A stretch of 63,962 nt of DNA, filler included, from Octopus bimaculoides (lineage: Eukaryota), in the NCBI RefSeq assembly GCF_001194135.2. It is 4 parts of 3 records of this genome, joined end to end, with 100 filler letters (N's around TTAATTAATTAA, not from the genome) between each part and the next. Parts side by side here need not be neighbours in the genome. Positions count along the whole stretch, not along the records: positions 41,317 to 62,206 come from NC_068998.1; positions 62,307 to 63,962 come from NC_068990.1; 2 more parts are not named here. One strand, 5' to 3'. A model generated the notes under the pieces. The model had not been told where the DNA came from and did no database searches. It was given only the letters and a program-made list of their open reading frames with translations. Shown here piece by piece: positions 52,622 to 63,962 of the stretch. Each line of letters begins with the position of its first letter. Within the stretch, counting starts at the first letter, position 1. Made by a program: the position numbers and the translations under genes.

Positions 52622-53042
52622 NNNNNNNNNNNNNNNNNNNNNNNNNNNNNNNNNNNNNNNNNNNNNNNNNNNNNNNNNNNNNNNNNNNNNNNNNNNNNNN
52701 NNNNNNNNNNNNNNNNNNNNNNNNNNNNNNNNNNNNNNNNNNNNNNNNNNNNNNNNNNNNNNNNNNNNNNNNNNNNNNNNNNNNNNNNNNNNNNNNNNNN
52801 NNNNNNNNNNNNNNNNNNNNNNNNNNNNNNNNNNNNNNNNNNNNNNNNNNNNNNNNNNNNNNNNNNNNNNNNNNNNNNNNNNNNNNNNNNNNNNNNNNNN
52901 NNNNNNNNNNNNNNNNNNNNNNNNNNNNNNNNNNNNNNNNNNNNNNNNNNNNNNNNNNNNNNNNNNNNNNNNNNNNNNNNNNNNNNNNNNNNNCAACAAT
53001 GGCTTAACTGGCCAAAATTACTATCAACAACATTCTTGTTTA

Positions 53043-53088
<46 letters not shown>

Positions 53089-53394
53089 AATACATTTTGA
53101 TGAAATTACTGTATAGAATACTGATAACAGTGTCTACTGCAATATAAGTTCACTTCCTCAGTGAAGTAGAAGTATAACATTCCATTTACTCTTCATACCA
53201 TCAACTCCCTGTGATTGTCACTCTTGTACCATGGAACAGTTCCAGCCAGTCTGGCTTCTTCTTGAAATACTTAGATATTTCAAAACAGTTTTTACTGGTC
53301 ACAAAATGACCTTCTATCTCCTTGTTAAATCATTATCATCATCATTTAACACCCATTTTCTTTGCTTGCATGGGTTGGATGGCTTGACAGGCGA

Positions 53395-53540
53395 CCCCAG
53401 TACTTTTTTTTTTAAAGCCCGGTACTTATTCTGTCATCTCTTTTTACCAAACCGCTACATTATGAGGATGTAAACAAACTAATACCAGTTGTCAAGCAAG
53501 CAGTGGTGGAGGACAAACACAGATGTAAATACACATACAC

Positions 53541-53579
<39 letters not shown>

Positions 53580-53790
53580 TTGTGCATGTGTGTGTGTGTG
53601 TGTGTGTGTGTAAATATATATATATATATATATACGACTGGCTTCTTTCAGTTTCTGTCCACCACATCCATTCACAAGGTCAGCTTTTGGCTATAGTAGA
53701 AGACACGAGCCCAAGGTGCCATGCAGTGGGATTGAACTCGGAACCATGTGGCTGGGAAGCAAGCTTCTTACCATACAGCCACACCTACCC
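53395..53790 (-). mobile_element. SINE family B, diverged
   Basis: Tail and head both recognisable around a central (TA)/(GT)n. Confidence 0.8.
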
Positions 53791-54159
53791 CTAGCCAAAT
53801 CAGCTTGACATAGTGAGTGATACAGCCGGCCCTTTCAGTTAGGGGTACAATCTATCTAATGGGCAGCCATACACTTCTGTCCAACCAGTTTCACTCACCT
53901 GGCACAAGCATGGCTGTGTGGTTAAGAAACTTGTTTTACAACCATTTGGTTTTCGGTTCAGTTGCACTGATTAACACCTTCGGCAAGTGTCTCCTATTAT
54001 AGTTACTGGGCTGACTAATGTCTTGTAAGTAAACCTGGTGAATGTAAACTGTGTGGAATTCCATTTCATACATTCATACATATTTATCAACCATAAAAAT
54101 CAGGACATATGAGAACTTTCTGCGTGTGTGTACGGATGTATGTGGATATATATATCATC

Positions 54160-54420
54160 ATCATCATCGTCGTCGTTTAACGTCCGCTTTCCATGCTAGC
54201 ATGGGTTGGACGATATGACTGAGGACTGGTGAAACCGGATGGCTACACCAGGCTCAAATCTGATTTGGCAGAGTTTCTACAGCTGGATGCCCTTCCTAAC
54301 ACCAACCACTCTGAGAGTGTAGTGGGTGCTTTTACGTGCCACCCGCACGAGGCCAGTCAGGCGGTACTGGCAACAGCCACGCTCAAATGGTGTATTTTAT
54401 GTGCCACCCACACAAGAGCC
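54160..54420 (-). mobile_element. RTE-type tail repeat (family D)
   Basis: catcgtcgtcgtttaacgtccgctttccatgctagcatgggttggacg...ggatgcccttcctaacaccaaccac. Confidence 0.75.
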
Positions 54421-54490
54421 ACATATATATATGATAGATCGCTGACCACAACATTCAAATTTTTTTTTCTCTCTGTGTTTTTCTCCTTAT

Positions 54491-54527
54491 TCTTTCTGTT
54501 GAAGAGTGTAGCTCGAAACGTTAAAGA
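54491..54527 (+). ncRNA. Variant minimal type-I hammerhead motif (CUGUUGA core)
   Basis: Stem I TCTTT/AAAGA; CTGTTGA plus extra A; stem II GAG-TGTAG-CTC; GAA; ACGT; predicted cleavage GUU at 54522. A6 is U here. Confidence 0.6.
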
Positions 54528-55029
54528 TTTCTCTATTCCCGAGCATTAAACTAATACATCCTTTTGTTGTTTACACCACGTGTCCTTGTCTGTTGTTGTT
54601 TTTTCGTAAATTCTCCCATATATATATATATATAAATATGAAACGTTGCAGCCTGCTGTTTATATTAATTTTATACACTTTAGTGAATCGCTAAATCATC
54701 CATTAATATGGATAACATTATCATATATACTAATAGAAAAGCAAGCTGAAGAAAGCCGAGATCAACCGGGCTGAACTGTCACAAGTGTCTTCTATTCCGT
54801 AGCCTCGGAGTTTATTGAATGAAACTGGCCAGGCAAAATTGTCTCTCTCTATTATATTTTCGTATCCCACAATGCTATATAACTGACTCATTTGAGAGAT
54901 CTTGTCTTGCGGATAATTAGAGATTTCACCAGAGCTGGAAAGCAGACATTAAACAACGATGATGATGATGATGATGATGAATGTGAATAAATAAGCATTA
55001 CATTTGACAGAGTAATGTAAATGCTAAAG

Positions 55030-55248
55030 TGGGCATACTGGCAGAATCGTTAGCACACCGGGCGAAATGCTTAGCGGTATTTTGTCTGCCGTTACGTTCT
55101 GAGTTCAAATTCCGCCGAGGTCGACTTTGCCTTTCATCCTTTCGGGGTCGATAAATTAAGTACCAGTTATGCATTGGGGGTCGATGTAATCGACTTAATC
55201 CCTTTGCCTGTCCTTGTTTGTCCCCTTGTGGGCAATAAAGAAATAAGT
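55030..55248 (+). mobile_element. SINE family A inserted into a piggyBac-MITE end
   Basis: 18-bp TSD gtaatgta(a/c)atgctaaag at 55012-29 and 55249-66. Confidence 0.85.
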
Positions 55249-55585
55249 GTAATGTACATGCTAAAGAACTAAATATTGTTGAAGCAAAGCAGAAAACCTG
55301 CTACAGTTTTATATTCAAGTATTGTAGTTTTACATATTTCTTAATTGCGCATAACGGAAATTCATAACAAGTTACGTACAGTCGCACATGTACTTCAGTG
55401 AAATTATGGACTAATTAAACAGACACAAACACATTATTCTCTAATTTTATTCCCATTATATCCTGTAGTAAGTTGTGAATGAGAGTAGTTCACAAGGTTA
55501 TGAATAATGAATGGATATGAAGTGCATGTTGGTAAGCAGGTCGCAACACAGGAAGACAAATACTGGGGCCCTTTTAACCAAAGAC

Positions 55586-56026
55586 TTAACCCTTTAGCAT
55601 TCACATTATTTTGTCAGAGGTAATGCTTTTTCTTTTATTCACATTGTTTTGAATTAATAATGCATTATTTTGTAGCTTTGAGATTTTGATGAAGTTACTG
55701 TTAATTTTTAGAATGACATTGCAAGGTAGGTGTGAGAGGCCAAATCTGGCCAATTTGAATATAAAATAGGTAAAATATTTTGGCCAGGTATGGCCAGTTT
55801 AAACCTTTAGCTTTCAGATTTTTCTGTCAACTGTAGAGCTTATTTATTGCCATTGTTTTGGATTAATTATGCATTATCTCAGCTTTGAGAGTTCAATAAC
55901 ATTACCGTGGCCTTTTTAGAATAACATAGCAGGGCAGGTGTCAGAGATCAGATCAGGGTGGTTTGAACACAAAACAAGATAAAATATTTGGGCTGGATAT
56001 GGCCTGTTTAAATGCTAAAGCATTAA
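55586..56026. mobile_element. piggyBac-type MITE, tandem dimer of diverged ~215-bp units
   Basis: ttaaccctttagcatt ... aatgctaaagcattaa; the unit restarts at ~55800 (aaacctttagc). Confidence 0.75.
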
Positions 56027-56212
56027 ACACCGACACCAAGAAACAGGTAAACATAATTGGTTGGCTCACTCAGGACCACAGTAGAAAACACCCTGCCCAA
56101 GATTCGGCTCGGTTGGACTGAAAGCAAAATTACATGATTGCTAAGCAAGCGGTTAACCAGGCCACCATATCGACACATATGTAAGCAAAATATTAAATGA
56201 TACAAAAGACTG

Positions 56213-56267
56213 TCTAAATGCCATCAATTATGTTAAGTGGCTCACTTGGTAATTGATGGCATTTAGA
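56213..56267. other. 55-nt hairpin with a perfect 18-bp stem
   Basis: tctaaatgccatcaatta / taattgatggcatttaga; the inner 19 nt can form a further 5-7 bp. Confidence 0.85.
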
Positions 56268-58106
56268 TCACTTTGAACCTTTACCATTGAACGTTATGCC
56301 GATTTATTCATTGTTTTTAATTAGCTGTCATTATATTGTAGCCTTCTTGACTGTTGATTGTCTTGCAGAGTACTTGGCAGCCTCACTGGTGGCAAAGAAA
56401 AAAAAATAATAATAAAAAAGTACCCTGTAAAGTGGTTGGCATTAAGAATGGCATTCAATTGTAGACACCAGGCCAAAACTGATATTGGAGCCTGTCAAAC
56501 TATCCAACCCATACTAGCAAGGAGAACAGACATGAAGTGAAGATAATCACAGTTGAGACCTCTGACATATTTTACTGGTTTCAGTCACTGGAAGGGTTCA
56601 GTCAAATTGACCCGTTCTTATTTTTTCTTGAAGTCTGGTTTTTATTCTATCAGTCTCTTTTCATTGAACTGCTCCATGATGGGGACATAAACAAACCAGC
56701 ACTGGTGGGGAACAAACATATGACAGATTTCTTTCAGTTTCTGTCCACTAAACTCACAAGGCTTTGGTTGGCCTGAGGCTACAGTAGAAGGGATTTACCT
56801 AGTGAGACTGAAGCCAGAACCATGTGGTTGGTAAGTAAACTTCTTACCACACATGCACCTTATTCACGTTTCAGGGGGGGGGGGGGAGAAACCCCACTGG
56901 ATTTTACCTTATAATTCCTAATATGAAGGAATTAATTATTGTGATCGTCAGCAAAACAAGTTCTAAAAAAATGCTGCAATGGCAATTTCTAAAATAGGCA
57001 CAGCCAAAAATATAAGAATTCCTTGATTTACTAATAGTTATCAGGTTTTACTTGTTTGTTACTGGACTGCGGCCATGCTGGGGCACTGCCCTGAAGGGTT
57101 TAGTTGAACAAATCAAACCCATTTTTATTTTTTAGGCCAGGTACTTCAGTTATTGGTCTCTTTTGCCAAACTGCTAGGCTGTAGGGATGTAAACAAACCA
57201 ACACCAGTAGTTAAGCAGTGGTGGACAAACACAAAGACATATACATAGGGATATAACCACAGCAGACTTCTTTCAGTTTTCGTCAATCAAATTCACTCAC
57301 ATGGCTATAGTAGAAGACATTTGCTAAGAGTGTTGCACAGTGGAACCAAAGCCTAGACCACATAGTTGGGAAGCAAACATTTTAGCCACAGTCAGGTCTC
57401 AACACTGTATAATTATTATGGACAAGTGGGGTTTTTTTTTATTATACAACCAAACTCACACTCCCTTACCTGGGCCCTGCAGAGATCAACTGTTACAGCT
57501 TATCCTCACATGAAGCATTTCAATGACTGGGGTTACAAGACATTATTATAATGTGCATTGGAGTTGAGTCTTCTGAGATATGAAGAAAAGATGGCCAAAA
57601 CTGACATCGATACTGTACAATTACTCTTTTACTTGTTTCAGTCCTGAAACCAGATTTTATAACCTGTATATATTTATATATATATATATATCCACACTGA
57701 AGTAAACAAAAACAATGTCCTTTTTGAAGAATATGCTTTAATATATGCATTACAAAATAAAAACTGCAAGTTGTTTACAGCATATAAGGATAAATATCAC
57801 TTTATTTTGCATAATTTTGTAGCTTTGTACAGAAAAAATGAGAATGAAAACAAATAATAGTAATAATAAAAATAGTAGTAGTAATAATAATAATGATAAT
57901 TAATGATAGTAATGATGGTGATAATAGTAATAATAATAATAATAATAATGGCTAATAACTGATTTTGTATTTTTGTTTTTGGATTCTTTAGGTGGCTTCC
58001 CTTCTGATAGATGCAGTGGCCACAAAATTTTTTTTTTTGTTTGTTTTAATTTTCTTTTCCAGTTGAATGACCTGACATATTGTGACAGCCATGTAACTTG
58101 CCTTAC

Positions 58107-58161
58107 CTCCTCTGTAGGTGGAACAGCGAAAAACTATTGACGACATTTTGGCTAGCTTCAC
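58107..58161 (-). CDS. Candidate exon, unknown protein
   Basis: tctcagcag acceptor, gag|GTAAGG donor; GEASQNVVNSFSLFHLQR. Confidence 0.3.
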
Positions 58162-58336
58162 CTGCTGAGACACACACACACACACTATAATGTTAAATGT
58201 TGCCTTTAAAGTTATATATAGAGAAAAGGAACCGGAAGCTGTGATAATCATGCCTTTCCAGCAGAGCATTAGTGAATAGTTGTTCAAGAACCTCTTGTAA
58301 CACCATTAAGCTTAAGAATTTTTTTTTATAGTTAAC

Positions 58337-58407
58337 CATGGTCTCTGAGATATTTTGTTCCACTGGCAAGAAAGGGAGAGAGAATGGGGTTGTGGTTTTC
58401 ATCATAA
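58337..58407 (-). CDS. Candidate exon, unknown protein
   Basis: cttcatttctgtctcctag acceptor, weak GTTAAC donor; YDENHNPILSPFLASGTKYLRDH, in phase with the next exon. Confidence 0.3.
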
Positions 58408-58573
58408 CTAGGAGACAGAAATGAAGCTAGATGATTCCAACGGAGAACCAAGTTCATGTCGCAGACTCAGTTCGTTAATGACTCGTTGAAGGACATAGTC
58501 AATTTAATCAGGTTGTATATTAAACAGGTACTTCATTTTATTGACCTTAAACCACAAGGATACATAAAATATT

Positions 58574-58790
58574 CTATTCTAGGCACAAGGCCTGAAATTT
58601 TGGAGGAGGGGGGGCAGTCGATTAGATCGACTCCAGTACACAACTGGTACTTAATTTATCGACCCCCCCCCCGTAAAAATCCAAGGCAAAGTCGACCTCG
58701 GCAGAATTTGAACTCAAAACGTAGTGGCAGATGAAATATCGCTAAGCATTTTGTCCAGTGTGCTAACGTTTCTGCCAGCTCGCTGCCTTA
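58574..58790 (-). mobile_element. SINE family A, diverged
   Basis: aaggcaaagtcgacctcggcagaatttgaactc...ccagctcgctgcc. Confidence 0.8.
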
Positions 58791-59387
58791 AAGATACATA
58801 AAATATTGCAAGGTGTATCGAATTATCATTTTACCAATTTATGCCAATCCACAAATAATAATTGTTTCCAACATGGGCACAAGGCCTGAAATTTGGGGAA
58901 GGGGGGGGGTGTTAGTTGGTACTATCAATCCCAGTACTTCACAGTTGTTTTACTTTATCCCAACAGGGTGAGAGGCAAAGTTGACCTCGGCAAGATTTCA
59001 ATTCAGAAGAATGTGAAGAACAAGAACAAAAACTGCAAGTCTGATGCACTAACAAAACTCTCTATCCAATAATAATAATAATAATAATTCTTTCTAATTT
59101 TGGCACAAAGCCAAATATTAGTGTGTGTGGGGGGAAAGTAGTCAATTACATTGATCCCCCAATACCTGACAGGTAGTTGTTCTGTCGACCCCCCAAAAGG
59201 AATTTTCATTCATAATGTAAAGCCAGACAAAATGCTGTTTAACATTTTGTTGGACGCACTAACAATTCTGCCAGCTTGCCCCCTTAATAATGGTTTTTAA
59301 CTTTGGCACAAAGCCACAAATTATAGTGGATGGTGTAATAAGTTGATTTAATTAATCCTGGAGAAAAAAAAGAAAAGCAATGCCTAC

Positions 59388-59450
59388 TCCAGCACACTTT
59401 GAGTCAAGTATGTACAGGAGTCTATCATCTGCCAAACACAACATCCAAAT
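59388..59450 (-). CDS. Candidate exon, unknown protein
   Basis: catcctctcctatag acceptor, GTAGGC donor; 63 bp, phase-compatible with 58337-58407. Confidence 0.25.
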
Positions 59451-60273
59451 CTATAGGAGAGGATGTATAACTAATCGACAGACAGTATATTACTGGTACT
59501 TATTTCATTGATCCTCCCCATAAGAGGATGAAAGACAAAATCAGCCACAGCAGGTTTTGAAATTGGATGATAAAAGGATGTGGCTGAACACCACAAGGCA
59601 TCATATCTCCAGCTCTGCTATTTTTTACCATCTTATTGAGCCTTTTCATATTAGCTGCATTGTGTTTTAGAATAAGATTTAGTGTCATGCCACAGGTATC
59701 AGCCAGGAAGCAAAGATATATGTGTGTGTGTGTGTGTGTGGTTAGTAGAGTTGTAATGAAGCTAGCTAGCAGAGGGCTGTCAACAATAGGGGCAGGTCAT
59801 GGTGTTATACGATAAGCTTCACTGTAGTCAACCATCTTCATCCGACTCAATAGAAAGAAGTCAGTAATGATACACATAAAGGGGCTGCATTGCAGGCAAA
59901 CACCCATACTCACGCACATGCGCACACACACGCACCCCAGCATACACATACACATTCTCACACACACGTCATCCAGTAAATGTATTTACATATATTCAAA
60001 TCAAAGCATACATAAGCAGATGGATCTGAAAAAGATAGTAACATTGGATCATATAGTGCCAGAATCAAATACGTTGGGAGTTCAATTCTCACTTCAAATC
60101 TTTTGGGGGTTTTTTTTTTCTCCTTTTTGTTTTTCACTTATGCCCAAATGTTTATGTATAATTTAATTTGATCACAAACACACACATATATACACCCACA
60201 TACACTCTCATAGTAAATGAACTTTTAAATTGTAATGCAGCATTGTGAGCAGTATGATACCAGTAGATACATC

Positions 60274-60306
<33 letters not shown>

Positions 60307-62306
60307 TTATATATACNNNNNNNNNNNNNNNNNNNNNNNNNNNNNNNNNNNNNNNNNNNNNNNNNNNNNNNNNNNNNNNNNNNNNNNNNNNNNNNNNNNN
60401 NNNNNNNNNNNNNNNNNNNNNNNNNNNNNNNNNNNNNNNNNNNNNNNNNNNNNNNNNNNNNNNNNNNNNNNNNNNNNNNNNNNNNNNNNNNNNNNNNNNN
60501 NNNNNNNNNNNNNNNNNNNNNNNNNNNNNNNNNNNNNNNNNNNNNNNNNNNNNNNNNNNNNNNNNNNNNNNNNNNNNNNNNNNNNNNNNNNNNNNNNNNN
60601 NNNNNNNNNNNNNNNNNNNNNNNNNNNNNNNNNNNNNNNNNNNNNNNNNNNNNNNNNNNNNNNNNNNNNNNNNNNNNNNNNNNNNNNNNNNNNNNNNNNN
60701 NNNNNNNNNNNNNNNNNNNNNNNNNNNNNNNNNNNNNNNNNNNNNNNNNNNNNNNNNNNNNNNNNNNNNNNNNNNNNNNNNNNNACAGATACAAGTTCAT
60801 TATTGCAAAATGATTTTAACCTTATTCTTTATATTGTCTCTATTTCTTTTTAGATCTTTAAAATATATATATATAATGGATATTTTTAAAACCTACACAA
60901 AGAAAAAAAGAATTCCTGTAACTAACTGGACCGAGCTTGCCATGGATCTAAACATTTCATAGGAGAAAAAAAAATATTAAACCAAAGATGACAAAAAAAA
61001 AGAACAAACTTTTTTTAATGTTTTGCAATATGTTAAGAAATTCAAGTCTGTTGACTTTTGAGTCATTGTTGTCTTCTTTGCTCCAATTCCACTTTCAAGT
61101 TTAGCATTTCAGCCTATCATAATTGCAAATATTTCTCTAGAACAGGAGTTTCAGATCTTAGAAAAGCTGACATATTGCTTTAGAAAAATAAAGAAGAATA
61201 ACAGTCTAACTTTAGAAATAAACAAACTCAAACCTTAATATCTTTGACTGTCAGATCTAAAGAAGAGAGGGACTGAGAGGACAATTTGTGGCTGCACTGA
61301 AGACAATCTTCATACAACAATGAATCACAGACAGCACAGAAGGTAATGAAATTTTTTCAGTGATTTAACTCTAGCAGCCATTTCTACAGTTACCATAACC
61401 TTCCTTATTTACATTTCACTTGTTAACTTAGCTGTTTGGATTATTGTTGCATTTCAGGACTTCAGGGTGTGTGTGTGTGTGTGTGTACACATACATACAT
61501 ACAAAAGTATACATGAAACAAAACTTGAATTAGCAATGTAGACAACCGCTGGTTCTACAACAGAGCAAGACAAGGTAAATTGCATTTGTATTTGTATGCA
61601 TTAAAAAATATCAGTTGGTAATTGGTAACAAGTGTCCTGTTCATTAATTAGTGCAGAGTTCATCGAATGGTAACCAACCACTATGTAATCAAACAGGTAT
61701 TATATGAAACCGGCAGCCTTATTTTTCCTGATTAGTGACTATAATCTTAACTTTTCAAAATGCAATTAACATAATCACACACACATATATATATATATAT
61801 ATATAAAAGAAAGACAAAAAAAAAAGAAAACCCTCTACTCTTCTCTATTTAGTTTCATTATTTTGAACTAAGAAGGAAATTGCAGTAATGTGTGGTGGTC
61901 CAGGACAGCAAGCGTTAATATCTTCATCTGTAACATTGAATAGACAGTAATGATACTTGATAATTCAATTGGTTGAGGACTGGTTCATTTACAGTAGATT
62001 TATACAAAGTAAACCCCCAAAGATTATCAACAGTTGCCAGTTGAAGATGAAACTCATTAGAAACAAAACGTAGAAGTAGTTGTAGTTGTAACAGCAGCAG
62101 TAGCAGCAGCAATATTTTTTTTTTTTAGCAGTAGTTGTTAGTGAAGAAATAGTGCTCTGATAGTGGAAGTTAACAGAACTGATACAAAATAGTGAATGAA
62201 GCATCGNNNNNNNNNNNNNNNNNNNNNNNNNNNNNNNNNNNNNNNNNNNNTTAATTAATTAANNNNNNNNNNNNNNNNNNNNNNNNNNNNNNNNNNNNNN
62301 NNNNNN

Positions 62307-62354
<48 letters not shown>

Positions 62355-63019
62355 TAAAGAGACGCATAGATACATAAGTAAACATGAATATATATTTGCA
62401 TATAAATGCATCTACATACATACACACATACATAGATACGCGTGTACACACGTGCACCCCTCATCTATTGTTATCCCTCCACACATGAGCATATAATATA
62501 CATGTTTAAAATATGCTTGTAGTTTTAATTTGGAATGTGTTCTCAATACAAATTTTTCTCCTGAATTAAAAAAGTATTTGAAAGCAGAAAAACCTTGAAA
62601 TTGCAGAATCAAGAAAAATAAACAGATAAACAGTTGAATAAAGAAAAAAATACTAGAGATTATATAAAAGGAAAAGAGAAACGACGACGATTAAAATACT
62701 ATGTCTTTCTCTTTATGTTGTGTATTATATCTTGTACTTTAAGCAGTTAATGAATATGTGTTAAAAACTGCTTAGAAAAATATTTTTCGCTTAATTAGCA
62801 TCTAAAATAGACCAATTACGTTTCATACAACTAACTCTTGTAATAATCTATTAATGGCTAGCCTCTTCATCTTCAAAGATTATGTGGTGATGATAATGAT
62901 AATGTGCTTATTTATACACAAGAAAACTTTTTGGAAATCTAAAAAAAAAAAAAGAGAATTGGTATGTGAATATGAGAAATGCATAGAAAAAAGTTTAGTA
63001 TGAAGAATAATGAATGTGA

Positions 63020-63400
63020 CTTCATGGTAAGACGTTTACTTCCCATCCACATGGCCCCCAGGTTCAGTCCCACTGTGTGGCACCTTGGGATCCTGGTTTC
63101 TACTATTGTCGCCGCCGATCAAGGTCTTGTTAGTGGATTTGGTAGATAAAAAACAAAAGAAGTTCGTCGTATGTATGTATGTATGTATGTATGTATGTAT
63201 GTATGTATGTATGTATGTACGTATATATGTATTTATGTGTGTGTGTGAATGTGTAGGTGTGTGCGTGTATGTATGTACACACGTATATGAGTATAGATAT
63301 ATATATTATATATGTATGTGCGTGTTTCTTTATGCTAGCCTCTCAATATAGCACTTGACAATCGGTGTTGGTTTGCATACATCGCCAAAGTATTAAAAAT
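63020..63400 (+). mobile_element. SINE family B, diverged
   Basis: ggttcagtcccactgtgtggcaccttggg; central (TATG)n; gcacttgacaatcggtgttgg. Confidence 0.75.
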
Positions 63401-63791
63401 AACAGTTAACAGATATGGATATACAAATGCCCTCGCCCAAACTGCATGGCACATGTACACTCGCTCATACAAGCATCCACGAAGATGGAAGAATGTGCAC
63501 ATGTGTGATTTTGTGTACATATGTTCACATAGCGAGTTAAATAGCTAATCTTGCTTCTTACATTTAAAAAATTTCTTATGTGAGACACGATCCCATTTGA
63601 TCGCATTTTCTTGTTTTTGTTTCTTTTTTTTCCTTTTTTCTCCGACCCTTTTGATCAGAATTTTACTTTTTTCCTCTTTTTTGCCCTTTTTCTTTTTCAT
63701 GTTCGAATAGAAAAACTCTACATTTGTATTTGTCCCCTCTGTGTTCAGCCCTGTGTGGCCAATAAAGAAAGTTATCTATCCAGCCACCGCC

Positions 63792-63861
<70 letters not shown>

Positions 63862-63863
63862 CT

Positions 63864-63962
63864 TTCCGCGGCTGGATGGCTGCCTTGTACAGAGGCATCC
63901 GTTCGGTAGTTCGCGTCAATGGGCACCTATCAAAACCATTCGACATTGCACGTTCGGTCCTG
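63864..63962 (+). mobile_element. Tx1/L1-type LINE reverse transcriptase fragment running off the window
   Basis: FRGWMAALYRGIRSVVRVNGHLSKPFDIARSV, the stretch that precedes the RQGCPLSP motif; directly follows a (CTAT)n array. Confidence 0.75.

Overview
AT-rich, repeat-dense animal genomic DNA with many N gaps. The SINE set and dense (TA)n/(CA)n/(GATA)n/(ATG)n microsatellites suggest an Octopus assembly; this is inference from repeat patterns, not a database search. No intact long protein-coding gene is visible, and nearly all ORFs in the supplied track are microsatellite or gap artefacts. The window holds several tRNA-derived SINE families, decayed mariner and maT (DD37D) transposons, hAT and piggyBac-type MITEs with TSDs, 3' fragments of R4/Dong, RTE and Tx1/L1 LINEs, and a deleted CsRn1-like Gypsy element with a tRNA-Trp PBS. 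Best leads: (1) two ~190-bp units carrying minimal type-I hammerhead ribozyme motifs of the Penelope type, set in TA microsatellites; (2) a SINE that forms head-to-tail multimers at a recurring junction; (3) a Gypsy remnant whose PBS is fused to the integrase tail between dissimilar LTR-like ends; (4) a 55-nt pre-miRNA-like hairpin; (5) a weakly supported chain of small minus-strand exons at 47-59 kb.
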